A stretch of 63,986 nt of DNA from Paraspadella gotoi (taxonomy: Eukaryota > Animalia > Chaetognatha). The notes below the pieces were generated by a model that worked only from the letters and a program-made list of their open reading frames with translations, did not search any database and had not been told where the DNA came from. Position numbers and translations under genes: made by a program. Each line of letters opens with the position of its first letter. The first letter of the stretch is position 1. Location of the stretch: the NCBI GenBank assembly GCA_051294375.1, contig CM119267.1, positions 3,840,759 through 3,904,744 of the forward strand, in the 5' to 3' direction. Of this stretch, positions 60,361-63,986 are shown piece by piece.

Positions 60361-62107
60361 ATAAAGAAAAATTTAGGGAGGAAAAAAAGAAATATTGAGG
60401 TAGGAGAATTAGTGAAAAGGAGGAGAAAGAAGAAGTTAAAAAGATTGAGGTAGGAAAAAGAAAGAAAGAAAAAAGAAATACAAAAGAAAGATTAAGCACA
60501 AGGGTTAAACATTAAGGTGGAACAGGTTGAAAACTAAAAAACTTTTGCCATATATATATGGTTGAAATGTTTATCAGAGATTATAAAAATAAAAAAACTA
60601 AGATTAATTATATTTAAATGTTTTAGTGCATCAATACAACAACAAAAATAATAATAGGCATCGATTTAGTGATGAAAGGACAAAATAATTTTATCGCAGA
60701 GTAATTTATGTAGCAGATTTATATTTTATATTTAGATTTATATTTTAGAAAACGTTAAAATCCGACCCGCCGTATTTAAACCGATACGTGAAAAGCGCAT
60801 GATACGGAAATGTTAAATGAGAAAAAATAGAGAATAAAAAAAATAATATAGATTAATAATAAAATGATGAATAGTAATGTGTAGTCGGGCATTGTCATGA
60901 TTCATAATTAATGACAATGGAGCGAGGGATGAGAGAAAAGAAAAAAAAACGCTGCGAACATGATGAAAGATGTAGAATAAGTTTAATAAGTAGAGGATTT
61001 TATTTAATATTTAATATTTGATGATCTTCTTTATAAAAATCTAAATATAAATAAATAAATATATAAAATATCATTAATGGCATGATCTCAAATGGATATC
61101 TATAAAACTAATAAATTATAAATNNNNNNNNNNNNNNNNNNNNNNNNNAAATAATAGATACTTGTAAATAATCGGAGATCACAAATAGACCAACCAAAAA
61201 GCGTCGCTCGGACAGGAACTTAAAAGAAAAGGGGGAAAAATAAATAAGAAAGAGAGTAAAAGAAAGAAAGAAATAAAGAAAGGAAAAAATAATGAAGGTA
61301 AAGCAAGAGGAAGAGGAAGGAAAGAAAAAAAAAAGAAGGAAATGAAAGAAAAAGAGGCAAACAAAAGAAAAGATGAAAAAAACAAAGAAAAGGAAAAGAG
61401 GAGGAAGGAAAAGAAAAAAGAAGGAAAGAAAGAATGAATAGGAAAGGAAAAAAGAAGAGAGAGAAGAAAAAGAGGCAAAGAAAGAAAAGATGAAAAAAAA
61501 CAAAGAAAAGGAAAAAGAGGAGAAAGACAAGAAAAAAGAAGGAAAGAAAGAATGAAAGGAAAGAATGAAGGAGAAAAGAAAAAAGAAGGAAAGAAAAGAA
61601 AAAAGAGGAAAGAAAGAAAAAAGGAGAAAGAAAGAAAACGGAGGAAAGAAAAGAAAAAAGAAGGAAAGAAAAGAGTTTGGCGTCGGATTAAGAAATGGAG
61701 TCGAATGTCGAGAGGTGATGACCAAAACATTTCGCGTCTTCGGCTGAGAAAAGAATAAAAAGGGAAATATAAAAAAAACCTGAAAAATAAAGGGATAAAA
61801 AGGAAAAGGATAAAAGGAAAGATATAAGGAAAACGGAAAGACTAAAGGAAGATAAAGAAAGAAAAACAAATTTATGAAAACATAAAAAAGACAAAAAAAC
61901 TAAGAATGTAAAACAGAGAGGTAAGAGGAAAACGGATAAAGATAAAGAGTTAGATAAAAAGAAAAGAAAAAACATAGAGAATACTATATGAGAAAATAAA
62001 ACAAAGATGATAAATGGAAAGGAGGAAAAAACAAAGATTATGAAAAGAAAAAGAGAAAAAAAAGACTGCCTCAGCGATGCCCGCTTTTTATGCGCGGGAG
62101 AGAGCAG

Positions 62108-62144
<37 letters not shown>

Positions 62145-62414
62145 AGAAGAGAAGGAGAGAGAGAAACTCTTTTATTTTTTTCTGAGGCCAGAAGTGACCG
62201 CCAAGAGGCTCGTCCAAGGCTGGGGTCGCAAAGACCTCGACCCCCCGTCGAAACCTTTCTAGGGTCAAAGGTCAGAGGTCACCGAGTATATCTCACGGTT
62301 AGTTCGGTTCTACTTTGTGGAAGGAAAAGAAAATTGGGAGAAGTAAAAAGTGGAGATGAAAATAATAAAAAAGAAAAAATGGGGAAAGGAAGAGAGGGAG
62401 AGAGAGAGAGAAGG

Positions 62415-62452
<38 letters not shown>

Positions 62453-62548
62453 AGATGAGAAAAGAGAGAAGAAAGATAGAGAGAGAGGGAGAGAGAGGGG
62501 GGAGAGAGAAGATAGAAGAGAGAGTAGAGAGAAGAGGGGGAGACAGAG

Positions 62549-62583
<35 letters not shown>

Positions 62584-62768
62584 GGGAGAGGGTTAGGGAG
62601 AGAGAGAGACAGAGACAGAGAGACCATAAAAACGTTAAAAAAAACCGTAGCTTTGTGATGTTTTAAGGAAAAGCACTTGTGAGACAGAGAAAACCAATAC
62701 AAGAGGATTAGTAAGCAACAGCGAGAGAGAGATGAGAGAGAGAGAGAAGAGACGAGAGAGACGAGAGA

Positions 62769-62809
<41 letters not shown>

Positions 62810-62814
<5 letters not shown>

Positions 62815-63986
62815 AGGTGGGATTTCGAAGGGATAACAACAACGACGACAAAGACCGTCATCATTGAGTTAGAATTAATTTTGATTAAAAGGATAGTTAT
62901 ATATATATAATATTATACTATACTTACTTGTTTAGAAGTAACTAAGACGACGACCATGGTAGCGATTAAGAGTTGATAACTCGAGTGAATAAGAGTGAGA
63001 CTCACAGATGTGAATTCCTGGGACTAAAAGAAGTCATTTGGAGGTAATCTCCTTGTTTACCGACCACTACGTCATATGATGATGATCGACGCGAACGACG
63101 ACGACGACAGACGACGACAACGCTCTCCAGGTTACAATCTGATCTATACTTAGTTTTGGTTGACTATTGTGTCTTTTTAAAAATATCACATCTTTGTTTC
63201 AAATTTATGTCACTCTTGACTGATCACTGTTCACTTGTACTGTTCGGCGAGCCTGTTCGAAAGAAAATTACCTTTGCGAAATCCACTCTTTTATCTCTCC
63301 TCTTTGTTCGGCGAGCCTGTTCGAAGAAAATTACCTTTGCGAATATCCACTCTTTTTATGTACAGAAAAATGTGCTACTTTTTTGCTTTTTTGCTTTTTT
63401 TTCATGCTTTCCTATGCGATGTTGATTTTCTGGTTTATTTTCTGGCTACGCAACTAGTGCCGAATCACTTCGCAGGGACTGAAATTGGAAAAACAATAAC
63501 AAAGCCGTTAAGGGANNNNNNNNNNAGAGCAGGTGGGATTCGGAAGGGGATAACAACAACGACGACAAAGACGTCATCATTGAGTTAGAATTAATTTTGA
63601 TTAAAGGATAGTTATATATATATATATTATACTATACTTATGTTTAGAAGTAACTAAGACGACGACCATGGTAGCGATAAGAGTTGATAACTCGAGTGAA
63701 AAAGAGTGAGACTCACAGAGTGAATTCCTGGGACTAAAAGAAGTCAATTTGGTAGGTAATCTCCTTGTTACCGACCACGACGATCATGATGATGACGACG
63801 ACAACGACAACGACGATGACGACGACGACGACAACGCTTCAAGGTTACAATCTGATATCCTAGTTTTGGTTGACTATTGTGTCTTTTAAAATATCACATC
63901 TTTGTTCAAATTTATGTCACTCTTGACTGTTCACTGTTCACTTGACTGTTCGGCGAGCCTGTTCGAAGAAAATTACCTTTGCGAAT
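62810..63986. repeat. Direct duplication across a 10-N gap (62810-~63280 / 63526-63986)
   Basis: AGAGCAGGTGGGATT...GAAAATTACCTTTGCGAA occurs twice with indel noise. Confidence 0.85.

Noticed and set aside
61108-62864. Long Phe/Ser/Leu or Arg/Glu/Lys ORFs
   Set aside because: Translations of A/G-rich low-complexity and (GA)n tracts.

Overview
Eukaryotic DNA, most likely an invertebrate animal, from a gapped draft scaffold. It is AT-rich, full of (GA)n/(GAAT)n/(GATT)n microsatellites, and has GT-AG introns with small GC-rich exons. Almost all ORFs in the track are low-complexity or N-gap artefacts. Two real genes are visible. (1) A 4-exon minus-strand gene (35639-35248, 34880-34765, 34626-34238, 26331-25630; 532 aa when spliced) encodes a divergent class-2 DYRK (DYRK2/3/4-type) kinase. 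It has lost the activation-loop tyrosine, has DLG for DFG, has a non-CMGC 'GT' P+1 loop, and carries a 9-Cys insert. (2) Four phase-compatible plus-strand exons (4392-4573, 22790-22947, 56349-56663, 56865-56994) appear to encode part of a single-pass membrane protein; the kinase would be nested antisense in its ~33-kb intron. The rest is a transposon graveyard: two hAT-type MITEs with 8-bp TSDs, a TTAA-flanked Kolobok-like insertion whose empty site is in the same window, two Helentron/DINE-1-like families (one hosting minisatellites), Penelope-type minimal hammerhead ribozyme motifs and GIY-YIG remnants, and several minisatellites. Several multi-kb direct and inverted duplications beside 25-N gaps look like long-read gap-filling artefacts. 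No prokaryotic features, CRISPR arrays, rRNA or tRNA genes were recognised.
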